In this document: positions 8,901 to 17,600 of the stretch, one piece after another
How the letters are laid out: each line of letters starts with the position of its first letter
Position numbering within the stretch: position 1 is the stretch's first letter
From: a virus
Strand: one strand, 5' to 3'
DNA length: 36,614 nt
IMG/VR virus record: IMGVR_UViG_3300018026_000029
Program-made: the position numbers and the translations under genes
The notes under the pieces: model-generated
The model's database searches: none
What the model was told of the DNA's origin: nothing
What the model saw: the letters and a program-made list of their open reading frames with translations, nothing else

Positions 8901-11375
8901 TGGCTGGAGCACAACAACACCGACTACAGCGGGCAGGCCACCGGGTTTATGGAGAGGGGGTTCGGCGACTCCCAGGCCCGCAAGTGGCTCTCCAAGCTCA
9001 ACCTGAAGATAGACGGGGTCCTGGGCGATGACGATGACATCATAGACTTTATCGAGTTCGCAAGCCTGGACGACGAGGAGAGCACCCTCCTTAACGCCTG
9101 GACAGACGCCACGCAGTCCGGGACCGAGATAGACATGAATAGGGACTTCGAGCACGCTGCCAACGACCTCCTGGGCACGGAGTTCCCCTGGGGTACCATG
9201 CTGAGGAGGAAGGGAAAGTACTTCTGGGACGACCCCATCTATGAGTTCATGCCCCTGGCCAAGGCTATCGAGGTAGCAGACAGCGGCGAGGACAGCGCCA
9301 GCAGCTACATGGAGGCCAACGGCAGGGACGACAGCGAGGAGTTCAGGCTGAAGGTTGACGAGCCCTACTACGGATACAACGGCTGGGACGAGTCTGCCGC
9401 CGACGAGCGGATAAGCGAGGGGTTCAGCTTCAAGGAGGAGCCCGAGCCCGAGCCTCCCAAGAAGGCCAGGAGGCCCAGGAAGCCCAGGGCCCCCAAGCCA
9501 AAGAAAGTGATGTCGGCGCTCGGCGACATCGCAGGGAAGTCGGCGCTCGGCGGCATGAAGCTGGCCTACGACTACATGGAGATGTTCCGTGGGCTGCTCC
9601 AGGACTTCCCGGGCCGCAAGGAGACGATAGACGGGGAGATAGCCTGGTGCAAGCGGGTCCTCAAGAAGAGGGACCGCATCACCTGGTGGCTGAGATGGTT
9701 CAGGCTCTTCGAGTACCATGGCATACGCCACAACCCCATGTACTACTGGAGCAAGTACTCCACCACCGAGGTAGAGGAGCAGCTCCCGCAGAACATCACC
9801 CCCGCTATCCGAGAGAGGCTGGCCGCCCTTTCCAGGAAGTACGACAAGGCCTACACGGACGAGATGCACAGGCTGGGCTGGACCGACTTCCGGGGGGGGC
9901 ACTACCCCGACTCCACCAGGCATACGGTAGAGCACTACCTGTCCCTGCCCGTCCCGGAGATACAGGGCCTCGTCTGGGAGAGGCAGCAGCCCTACGAGCT
10001 GTTCATGCTCCTGATGGGCCTGGAGGAGAAGTGGAAGGAGAGGACCAAGGGGGTGGTCGCCCCCCACGAGGGGGACAAGCCGGTCCTGACCTTCGGCGGC
10101 GGGTGGGCATGGTGGCTGCTGGACAGAGGATACTGCGAGGACGAGGCAAGGGCCATGGGGCACTGCGGCAATGTCGCCGGGCAGTACGATGACGACCAGC
10201 GCATCCTCAGCCTGCGCCAGTCGGTGAGGAGGGGCAGCGAGGAGTTCTACGAGCCGCACCTCACCTTCATCCTGCATACCGGGGACAACTCCCTGGGGGA
10301 GATGAAGGGGAAGGGCAATGCCAAGCCCACGGCAAGGTACCACCCCTACATCGTCAAGCTCCTGGAGAGCGGCCTTGTCGATAGGGTAAGGGGCGGAGGC
10401 TACCTTCCCGAGCACAACTTCAGCATGACGGACCTCCCGCAGGCGGAGCAGGACAGGCTGGTGGCCCTGAAGCCCTCCCTTATGTCCTTCGCCTACCGCC
10501 TGGGCAAGGAGGGGATTACCAAGGGGCTGCTCTCCGACCTGTCCAGGGTGCTGTCCCCGATGGAGGAGGGAAAGCCCTATCCCGTCAAGGACTGGTACAT
10601 GCCCAAGCGCCGTGGCTTTCTCATCAACTCCTACACGCTCAAGGAGTTCACAGAGGAGTTCGGGGACGAGGAAAGCCAGGATGCGGCCGATGTCCTGGAG
10701 GGCCGTACCGCGATATCCACCGGCATCGGGGGAGGGGAGGGGTACTGGGCGGGGTGGGGGGGCACAGGGGGAGTGGACCCCCTTGAGGACACCCTGTCGG
10801 CCATAGGCATGACGACCCTTATGATGGCGGAGAAGTACTACAGGGGGCTCTCCAAGGAGCTGCTGCCGGACACCCACCTTGTCTGCACCTATGACCAGGC
10901 CCGGCGCACGTCCACGGGGCCGGTGGCCGGAATCCTCAGCTTCATATCCCAGAACAGGCTCCTGGCGGAGTCCAACAGCATCACCGAGGCATGGAAGAGG
11001 GGCAGGAACGCCGGGATAAAGGCCAGCATGCTCAAGGAGCTTGACAGTGCCCTGGACTCCATCCTGGACCGCCGCCTGGAGGACGGCACCATCTTCTACC
11101 GCCTCGACCCCGCAAGGTGGAACTCCGACATCGAGCACATCCTGCCCCTGGAGGAGGCCGTGGCGATAGCCGACCAGGGGCAGACCTTCGAGGATTTCTT
11201 CGAGGGGTGGGACCAGAGCGTCTGGACCCCCGTCATAGAGTTCGAGGTCCCCCCGCAGGGGTGGCCGGGGTGGGACGCCCAGGCGGCAGAGCTTGCCCTG
11301 AGGGAGCATTACTCCTCCGGGCAGGAGGAAGAAGGCAAGAAGCCTAAGCCTAGGGGGAGGAGGAAGGCCAGGTAA
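5907..11375 (+). CDS. 1822-aa giant protein carrying copies 2, 3 and 4 of the WAWW/MGHCGN module. Each copy has a putative papain/transglutaminase-like Cys-His-Asp core. Linker regions of unknown function separate the copies.
   Basis: Three reiterations of the blocks 'YDYMEMFRG..DFPG', 'KRDRITWWLRW', 'GWAWWLL.RGYC.EEA.AMGHCGNV', 'RILSLR', 'EPHLTFIL', 'LGEMKGKGN.KP', 'YHPYI', 'GGGYLPE.NF'. The ATG follows the upstream TAG directly, with GGAAGGG 4 nt upstream. The TAA stop overlaps the next ATG (TAATG). Confidence 0.75.
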   Translation: MEKLSYDYMEMFRGILSDFPGQLEHLRREVKWAKTLRKQDRITWFLRWLRIAVYDGIALTLHGDSDPARRELSSKYARLMAAEMQRIGWSDRDMLYISLHSAKDSIVHFLGIPSPAIQNLVWGRQTPAQLLGSFEEAENDWKGADSDRALAPHEDDQVALRFPNGWAWWLLGRGYCPEEAKAMGHCGNVAGRDLPGQRILSLRRPVKGPGGREAWEPHLTFILHIAHKALGEMKGRGNEKPAARYHPYIAALLESPVVEEIWGGGYLPENNFSMADLPRDVQEGLVQKKPALMTFRMRLAKEGAQGPSEELVRDITWKLSMGADDWSPRLRAFRIGTWKSAIDFAGQFGTEETRQVIQLALDGEGIPTSSDMGEDEYVLEALRALSPDNLKRVVDYTRWTDPKALEWWAKNRGNPDTPEGIAQMIGRMDLPNIRTNLYSCWYRGMKNGTVFQLLHACCNEIEKLNPVTPASTELAWGDPSPRAVQTYTRSPDRLLLATPLWETVPLEFAAAVADDEEKDPREMPYRYEEWSGLELKAPPDGWGDFSKRTVNEEARFFFHTGDGIPEQLASLDIAKVAYDYMEMFRGFLADFPRFQPTVTNTISWCKRVLRKRDRITWWLRQMRLFWYNLVADKASAWRYAPATNWPATEVPADNTAMIALADKYQALFDREVRSLGPLGLADRSNYLDLGMFANSNQSTMEHLLSLPVPEIQNLVWERQTKQELFRTLLNYETKWKEESKGVLRPRPGDRPVITFGDGWAWWLLDRGYCEEEARAMGHCGNVNGQNRPYERILSLRKSVRRGGTEYYEPHLTFILDTRDSSLGEMKGKGNNKPAPQYHPYILRLLESDIVSKVKGGGYLPEHNFRLGDLSEEQREELAQRKPSMAAFYIRLKREGPSPALIADIGSALQVGGWDPDLQGYVIRQWENMSSLAEDIGNDTAKWIAKVVGGGEFNRHDSPDFEYGDRSEAMKMALGACSDKTLDLVVRCLAYKYPTNLVEWLEHNNTDYSGQATGFMERGFGDSQARKWLSKLNLKIDGVLGDDDDIIDFIEFASLDDEESTLLNAWTDATQSGTEIDMNRDFEHAANDLLGTEFPWGTMLRRKGKYFWDDPIYEFMPLAKAIEVADSGEDSASSYMEANGRDDSEEFRLKVDEPYYGYNGWDESAADERISEGFSFKEEPEPEPPKKARRPRKPRAPKPKKVMSALGDIAGKSALGGMKLAYDYMEMFRGLLQDFPGRKETIDGEIAWCKRVLKKRDRITWWLRWFRLFEYHGIRHNPMYYWSKYSTTEVEEQLPQNITPAIRERLAALSRKYDKAYTDEMHRLGWTDFRGGHYPDSTRHTVEHYLSLPVPEIQGLVWERQQPYELFMLLMGLEEKWKERTKGVVAPHEGDKPVLTFGGGWAWWLLDRGYCEDEARAMGHCGNVAGQYDDDQRILSLRQSVRRGSEEFYEPHLTFILHTGDNSLGEMKGKGNAKPTARYHPYIVKLLESGLVDRVRGGGYLPEHNFSMTDLPQAEQDRLVALKPSLMSFAYRLGKEGITKGLLSDLSRVLSPMEEGKPYPVKDWYMPKRRGFLINSYTLKEFTEEFGDEESQDAADVLEGRTAISTGIGGGEGYWAGWGGTGGVDPLEDTLSAIGMTTLMMAEKYYRGLSKELLPDTHLVCTYDQARRTSTGPVAGILSFISQNRLLAESNSITEAWKRGRNAGIKASMLKELDSALDSILDRRLEDGTIFYRLDPARWNSDIEHILPLEEAVAIADQGQTFEDFFEGWDQSVWTPVIEFEVPPQGWPGWDAQAAELALREHYSSGQEEEGKKPKPRGRRKAR
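5919..6740 (+). repeat. Protein-level tandem module, copy 2 of 4.
   Basis: 'LSYDYMEMFRGILSDFPG ... NGWAWWLLGRGYCPEEAKAMGHCGNVAGRD ... RILSLRRPV ... EPHLTFILHIAHKALGEMKGRGNEKPAARYHPYI ... GGGYLPENNFSMADLP'. Confidence 0.6.
7633..8520 (+). repeat. Protein-level tandem module, copy 3 of 4.
   Basis: 'VAYDYMEMFRGFLADFP ... DGWAWWLLDRGYCEEEARAMGHCGNVNGQ ... RILSLRKSV ... EPHLTFILDTRDSSLGEMKGKGNNKPAPQYHPYI ... GGGYLPEHNFRLGDLS'. Confidence 0.6.
9562..10450 (+). repeat. Protein-level tandem module, copy 4 of 4.
   Basis: 'LAYDYMEMFRGLLQDFPG ... GGWAWWLLDRGYCEDEARAMGHCGNVAGQY ... RILSLRQSV ... EPHLTFILHTGDNSLGEMKGKGNAKPTARYHPYI ... GGGYLPEHNFSMTDLP'. Confidence 0.6.
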
Positions 11376-14300
11376 TGGCACAGGACCTAACAGCCATCAG
11401 CACGCCCGGCACGACCACCCAGGGCCCCGCGTTCAAGGCATGGTTCCGGAACTCCGTGGTGAGGAACCCGGACGGCAGCCCGAGGCCTGTCTACCATGGA
11501 AGCACGCACAGCTTCGAGGCCTTCAGCCTGAAGCCCGGCAACCCCGAGAACTGGTACGGCAAGGCGCTCTACTTCACCGACAGCCCCGAGGACGTGGGGA
11601 GGAACTACGCCACCCCCGACTCGCCGGACCTCAGGGCCCGCATCGACAAGCGCACCGAGCAGCTCATGGACAGGCTGGTGGACGAGCTGGAGCAGGAGCT
11701 TGGCGAGGCGCTGAACTGGAACGACCCCCGCAAGGATAGGCTCTTCCAGGACGCCAAGTCCCAGGCCACCAAGGAGCTTATGGGCCCTGGTGCCATATCC
11801 TACAAGCTGTACCTGCGCATCGAGCGGCCGGTAGTTATCAGGCAGGGCGGCGGCACCTACTTCGAGATAGACTACAACGAGAGGACCGGGAGGGAGACCG
11901 GCTCGGGCATGCGCCTGTACAGGGCGGTGATGAAGGCGGCAGGGCAGCTCAACCTCCCGAACAGCGACGAGATATGGCGGCAGTCGGTATCGGCAGACGA
12001 GGGGATGACGGAGGGCTTTACCGCCCAGCAGTTCGACGAGAACCTCCGCCACTCCGATGCCATGATGGAGGCACGGGACTGGGACGCCACCAACGAGGGC
12101 GAGTTCCTCTCCCTTGTCTACCGCCTGGCCGGATACGACGGCATCATCATGGAGGACGCCGGGGCCACCTTCCACAACATGGGCATCCCCCCCGGCACCA
12201 GGCACTATATCATCTGGAACCCCCGCCAGGCCAAGTCCGCCATTGGCAACACGGGCACGTGGAGCACCCGCACCCCCAGGCTGACGGCAGGCTGGGAGGA
12301 GGACGAGGGGGACTACGGGGTAGAGGACTACCCCCAGTGCCTCGGGGACTACGAGTTCAGGACGACATGCGTGTCCGAGGGCACCGGGGAGCACATCCAG
12401 GAGATGCTGGACAATGCCAAGGACTGCGGCTACAGCGAGGTAAAGAGGCACTGCGAGGGGCTGAGGCCGTGGGAGAAGGAGAACGGCTACGCCCCGGACG
12501 GCAGCCGTAAGGGGCTTACCCTGCGGCACGACTGGGCCGTGAGGTACGGCAGGGGCACCTACAGGAGGATGCCCTGCTACTTTGTCGTGTGGAGCGGCAT
12601 CGAGCATGTCTGGACGAGGAAGGGTGCCGGGGGGCAGGAAGGCTGGGAGGACTGGGCAGGGCGGACGTCAAGCAAGGGTGCTGGGAAGTCTGCCGGGAAG
12701 CCAGGCAAGGCAGGCCTCCTGTACCACGGCACCACGAAGGCCAACCTCCCGTCCATCATGTCCGAGGGTCTCAAGCCCACGGTGGGGTGCTATGCCGAGC
12801 TATGGCATGGCAGGGACCATAACGACACGAGCAAGTCCAACAACCTGGCCCCCGTGGTGTTTGCCGCCCCCAGGGAGCACCTCGACGACTGCCTGCTGGC
12901 CATCTTCGCTGCCCTCAGCAAGGACTTCCCCAGGACCTCCACGGAGCAGTTCTTCGACAATGCCGTCCTCCTGGAGCTTCCCGCCGACCAGTTCACAAGG
13001 AACAGGTGGAAGCGCCCGCCGAGAAATATGAAGCATGTGGAGTCGAGGGACTACTACAGCACCAGCCCTGTCAGGCCTATCCGGGCGATAACAGGGGAGG
13101 AGCTGCGGGGGTTCGCAGGGTATGCCTACCAGAGCGCCCGCCAGGAGTGGTTCGGGGCATACGACCCGGAGAGCCCTGGGCGCAGGCTCGCGGCGGGGAA
13201 GGAATGGCCCCCCTGGATTGGGGTGGACCTGGACGGCACGCTCGCCGAGGAGCAGAGCCCGTTCGACCCGCTGACCATCGGCAGGCCAGTCCCGGAGATG
13301 GTGAGGAAGGTCAGGCAGGCATTGGAGGACGGCGTGGAGGTACGGGTCTTCACCGCCCGGCTTGCAGACAAGGGGCTCAGGGACAGGATTAAGCAGGCCA
13401 TCAGGGACTATACCAGGGAGCACGTCGGCAGGGAGCTGGACAGCACCAACGAGAAGGACCCTGGCCTCAGGGAGATATGGGACGACAAGGCCAGGAGGGT
13501 GAGGAAGGACGAGGGCACCTTCGCCCTGCGGGGCACCGAGCGCCAGCCCTCCCGGGCCGACAGGTACCTGCGCGAGATGTGGAGCCCCGGCGACGGCGCT
13601 TGGTTCGAGTACCACTGCTGGGAAGACCCCAAGTCCTGCGATGCCAACCTGTGGTACCATTCGCACCAGAGGGTCACCGTGCTCGGCAAGGCGGACGCGG
13701 ACGGCTGGCACAAGGGCTGGGATGGCAGCATGATGAAGGACCGTGCGGAGGCGGGTGCCCCGAGGGCGTATACGGTGAGATTCCAGGACGGGTACGAACG
13801 CACCGCCGGGGAAGACGAGCTGATGACCAGCCGGAGGGGATTCTACCGCCCCGACCCGCCAAGGCCGCCCAAGGCGTTCGCCCTGCGGGGGAGCATTATC
13901 GTCGAGGAGCCCCTCTACCACGTCACCTTCAGGAAGAACCTGAGGAGAATCCTCAGGGAGGGGCTCCGTGGCGACCAGGAGCCTAACTGGCCCTTCGACT
14001 CGTCCCCCGGCAACGTGTACCTGATGACCAGGGACGGGCTGGACTTCTGGATGGACAGGTACGAGGACCTGCTCCGCGAGATGGGGAGCAGGTCAAAGCT
14101 GGTGGTTCTGGAGGTATCCCCCAAGGGGCTTATGTTCCAGGAGGATATACAGGGCACCGAGGACTCGGGGACAGAGGCATACCGTACCGGCTTCGTCCCT
14201 CCGGGGAACATACATGCCAACTGGCGGAGGACTGCCTCGCTTGGCAAGGCGGCCTTCAGGAGGCGTGCCCCCCTCTACCATGTGACCTTCTCGAAGAGCG

Positions 14301-14596
14301 TCCCGGCCATCCTGCGGGATGGCCTGGTGCCGAAGACATACCCCAAGCTCCCCCCCAGCCAGTGGGAGAAAGGGGTATACCTTACCAGCAAGGAGGGCAT
14401 ACCGTTCTGGGAGAACATCCTGCGGGATGACATGAAGTGGGGGGGGTTCCACGACCAGCTCTCCGTCCTGGAGGTCTCGCCTGAGGGGCTGGAGCTGGAG
14501 TACGACCGGCAGGGGACAGGGGACTCTGGCGCGAAGGCGTACATTACCCCAAGGGTCCCGCCAGAGAATATCTCCGTCCTGCGGGGGCCTGTCTAG
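11375..14596 (+). CDS. 1073-aa protein: N-terminal H-Y-E-class (PARP/diphtheria-toxin-like) ADP-ribosyltransferase domain, one HGT-type Tpt1/KptA-like domain, a HAD-superfamily phosphatase domain, and two tandem HVT-type Tpt1/KptA C-lobe-like domains.
   Basis: ART domain: 'VYHGSTHSFEAF' (H41), 'WYGKALYFTDS' (Y61/Y66), 'TYFEIDYNE' (E164). The H–Y–E spacing matches PARP and DT catalytic cores. Tpt1-like blocks 'LLYHGTTKANLPSIMSEGLKP...VVF..VLLELP', 'LYHVTFRKNLRRILREGL...NVYLMT...KLVVLEVSPKGL...VPPGNI' and 'LYHVTFSKSVPAILRDGL...GVYLTS...LSVLEVSPEGL...VPPENI' align to KptA 'LYHGT...GL...HYVHLS...PVILTVKA...VWLT'. HAD motif I: 'WIGVDLDGTLAEE'. HAD motif II: 'VRVFTAR'. Confidence 0.75.
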   Translation: MAQDLTAISTPGTTTQGPAFKAWFRNSVVRNPDGSPRPVYHGSTHSFEAFSLKPGNPENWYGKALYFTDSPEDVGRNYATPDSPDLRARIDKRTEQLMDRLVDELEQELGEALNWNDPRKDRLFQDAKSQATKELMGPGAISYKLYLRIERPVVIRQGGGTYFEIDYNERTGRETGSGMRLYRAVMKAAGQLNLPNSDEIWRQSVSADEGMTEGFTAQQFDENLRHSDAMMEARDWDATNEGEFLSLVYRLAGYDGIIMEDAGATFHNMGIPPGTRHYIIWNPRQAKSAIGNTGTWSTRTPRLTAGWEEDEGDYGVEDYPQCLGDYEFRTTCVSEGTGEHIQEMLDNAKDCGYSEVKRHCEGLRPWEKENGYAPDGSRKGLTLRHDWAVRYGRGTYRRMPCYFVVWSGIEHVWTRKGAGGQEGWEDWAGRTSSKGAGKSAGKPGKAGLLYHGTTKANLPSIMSEGLKPTVGCYAELWHGRDHNDTSKSNNLAPVVFAAPREHLDDCLLAIFAALSKDFPRTSTEQFFDNAVLLELPADQFTRNRWKRPPRNMKHVESRDYYSTSPVRPIRAITGEELRGFAGYAYQSARQEWFGAYDPESPGRRLAAGKEWPPWIGVDLDGTLAEEQSPFDPLTIGRPVPEMVRKVRQALEDGVEVRVFTARLADKGLRDRIKQAIRDYTREHVGRELDSTNEKDPGLREIWDDKARRVRKDEGTFALRGTERQPSRADRYLREMWSPGDGAWFEYHCWEDPKSCDANLWYHSHQRVTVLGKADADGWHKGWDGSMMKDRAEAGAPRAYTVRFQDGYERTAGEDELMTSRRGFYRPDPPRPPKAFALRGSIIVEEPLYHVTFRKNLRRILREGLRGDQEPNWPFDSSPGNVYLMTRDGLDFWMDRYEDLLREMGSRSKLVVLEVSPKGLMFQEDIQGTEDSGTEAYRTGFVPPGNIHANWRRTASLGKAAFRRRAPLYHVTFSKSVPAILRDGLVPKTYPKLPPSQWEKGVYLTSKEGIPFWENILRDDMKWGGFHDQLSVLEVSPEGLELEYDRQGTGDSGAKAYITPRVPPENISVLRGPV

Positions 14597-14618
14597 CCGT
14601 TCCCTCTAATAGAGACAC

Positions 14619-17600
14619 ATGGCGATAGCGGACAAGTTCGACCTGGGCTTCGTGGGGAGGCTGATGCGCTCCCGCAACGGCACCGTTGTCGGCACGCTCG
14701 GCGACCTGCTGAAGAGCCCCAGGGCGAGGGACCTCTACAAGGAGGCCCTGGGCGTGCCCGTCATGGTCCTGGACAGGCCCGTGCAGGGGGGCAAGTTCGT
14801 GGACAGCCCCGACCCCAACCTCAGGTTCTTCGGGGCCTGCGGCTCCCTCCGTGGCAAGGCATGCATATTCGTCAACCCCCGCTGGGGGGAGGAGGAGACC
14901 ATAAGGACCCTCCTGGAGGAGGGGGCGCACGCCCTGCGCAAGCTGAAGGGCAGGCCAGCGACGAAGCAGGACATCACGGCCCTTACCTCGGAGAACATCG
15001 GGGAGATGCACGACAGCCTGCCGGAGGAGGTGTCCGCCAAGCAGATGGCGGAGTATGTCCTGAAGACAGCCGCCCAGCTTCCCTCCGTGGCCTTCCGCCA
15101 GGTGTGGCATATCGGCAGCATGGACCCCGAGGACAAGGGGAAGGATAGCCTGGAGGGGGCGGGGCTCAGCATATCCACCCACCCCGAGGAATGGCAGCAG
15201 ATAGCCGAGCTGGGCGAGGGCCCGGTCTGGGAGCTTACGAGGAAGGGCAACAGGTTCCTTGACTTCCACCGCCTCACCAAGGCGCAGCTCGGTGCCATGG
15301 CCGACTGGGGGGCGCAGCAGGGCCTCATAGAGAGGCGGCCCGCCTGGCAGGTCAGGTGGTGGGACAGCGAGGACAACGGGTTCAGGTACGCGGAGACCGA
15401 GACCGAGGAGGAGGCGAAGGAGGAGGCCGGGGCGGTCGGGGGCAAGGTAAGGGCGCTCAGCAGCATAGCCTACCCGACTGACAGGCTGAGGAAGGCCACC
15501 AGGAACCCCCGTGCCAACTCCGTGGTGGCCATGGACCTGCTGGCGACGGTCTATGCCGACAAGGCCCTGGGCTGGGACGGCGTATGGTGGCAGGATACCC
15601 TGGACGTGCCTGGCCTCAGCGCCCCGAGGGGCGTTATCCTCCCCTCCAGGCTGGCAGGGTGGCAGAGGCGGCAGGTAGGCATGGAGGGGATAGAGGACTA
15701 CGGTGCCCCCGGCAGGAGGGTATCCTCGGACAGGAGGTTCATCTGGCAGGGCAGGCATGGCAAGGCCCCGCAGCCCGGCGTCCCCTATTACCATGTCGCC
15801 CCGGCCAGCTACCAGGAGGGCCAGGATATCTACTCCTACGATGCCTACCAGGACGAGTTCGGCGAGGAGCCCGAGTGGAAGTGGGAGGAGGGCCAGATTG
15901 GGGATACCGACAAGGTCTCCCTGCATGACAGCCTGGAGGAGGCAGAGGGCTTCCGGGAGGAGTGGGTCCCCGGTGGCAGGGTCATAGAGGTCGTGTTCCC
16001 CTCCCCGCTGGGGCAGCTAGGCCTGTCCGGAGGGGTGAACGGCGAGGGGTACCCGTTCGTCCGCCATCGTATACCAGGGGGGTTCGTCAGGAAGGTCAGC
16101 AGTGGCCGGAAAACACTGGAGGAGCTTGCCCTGGAGTTCCGTGAGAGGCAGGAGGACTGGTTCGAGTGGCAGGATGACAAGGCGTGCTTCCGGGAACAGT
16201 GCCTTGGCATAGCCAGGGGCCTGGCCAAGTTCCTGACGGAGAACGGCATCCCTGCCGAGCCTTGGCACAGTTACTATTATGACGATGACGGGAAGCCCCA
16301 TAACCACTGGTGGGTCATAGCCGGGGGCAGGGTGGTGGATGTAACGGCCGACCAGTTCCATCCCGAGGACCCCGACAGCTACCGGGTGGTCATAACAAGC
16401 CTGGATGACCCTCACTACAGGCAGAGGAAGGCCAGGCAGGCCGGGACAGAGTCCTCCCCCCAGTCCGTTCCCGCCATGCAGGGGTGGGGCTATGACGAGC
16501 CGTTCCCTGACAGGCACTCGGACTTCTTCGAGCTGGTGGAGAACCCCCACACGGACAGGGGCAGGGAGACCAGGGTGCTGGAGACCGGGGCACCGCCGCC
16601 CGAGGGCGGCGAGGGCAAGCCTGCCAGGGGAGAGCCTGGCCAGGAGGGCACGCTGGTCAGGCCGATGGCGTCCTTCAGGAGCGCCCTCCTGCGCAAGAAG
16701 GCATACAGTATCCTGGCGGTGTTCTGGGTCAAGCTCCAGGGGCGCATCCTGCTGTTCCCCAACAGGTTCCTCAACCATGACCAGATTCTACAGGAGACAG
16801 GCATCCCTGCGGGCGGCCCGGAGTACGACAGGATGCTGCGGGGCAGGGTGTTCATAGACCGGGAGAGGCGGCGGGTGAGGTTCACCCGGCACGGTGGGGG
16901 CTATACCCCCAACGATGTGGTGGAGGAGATTGTCAGCCGCTACCACCTCCAGGACTGGGAGATGGAGGACGAGGGCGAGGCCATGGGCAGGTACGGCTCT
17001 GTCCAGGGCGGGCCCGTGGTCGAGAGGCTCGGCCGTGAGGACATCCCCGAGGCCCTGGAGGTCATCGCCCAGTGCTTCCCCCAGTACGCGGACATCGCCG
17101 ACGTGGTCTCCAGGGACGTCCGGGGGGACTTCAGCCTCTCCTATGGGATGAGGCTGGAGGGCAGGATTATAGGCTGCTACCTCCTGGGCCGCGTGCAGCT
17201 ACCCGAGGAGTACCCCGGCCGCCCCGAGGCACAGGCATACGCAGGTAAGAGGGGCGTGCGGGGGGTGTGCCTGTGCCTGCTGCCCCAGTACCGTGGCAAG
17301 GGGTGGGGGGCAAGGCTTCGGGCCGTCCCGCTCTCCCTGGGGGCGGACTATGTCTGGGGCGAGCATTACAGCAGCCTGGACAACCTCGGCAAGTGGACGA
17401 GCTTCGGACGCAGGCTGCTGTTCGACACGAAGGATGCCAAGGGGCAGCCCTACCATGTTACCGTCATGGACCTGAGGGGGGGGCCGCCGAAGGCCGCCTC
17501 CTCCAGGGACCCCTACCTCTACCATGTAGCGCAGCCGGGCACCCTCGGGAACATAGCGAGGGACGGGCTCCAGGGCGGCATACTGGGCCCGAAGGTGTTC

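Noticed and set aside
7938-11381. 1147-aa minus-strand ORF antisense to the 1822-aa gene.
   Set aside because: The translation is Arg/Pro/Gly/Leu-rich low-complexity ('MPLPGLPPPPRLRLLAFF...'), typical of spurious antisense frames in high-GC DNA. The sense frame carries the conserved modules.
12660-12720. 'SSKGAGKSAGKPGKAG' as a possible Walker-A P-loop (kinase).
   Set aside because: The spacing does not fit GxxxxGK[ST]. It reads as a Gly/Lys-rich linker before a Tpt1-like domain.
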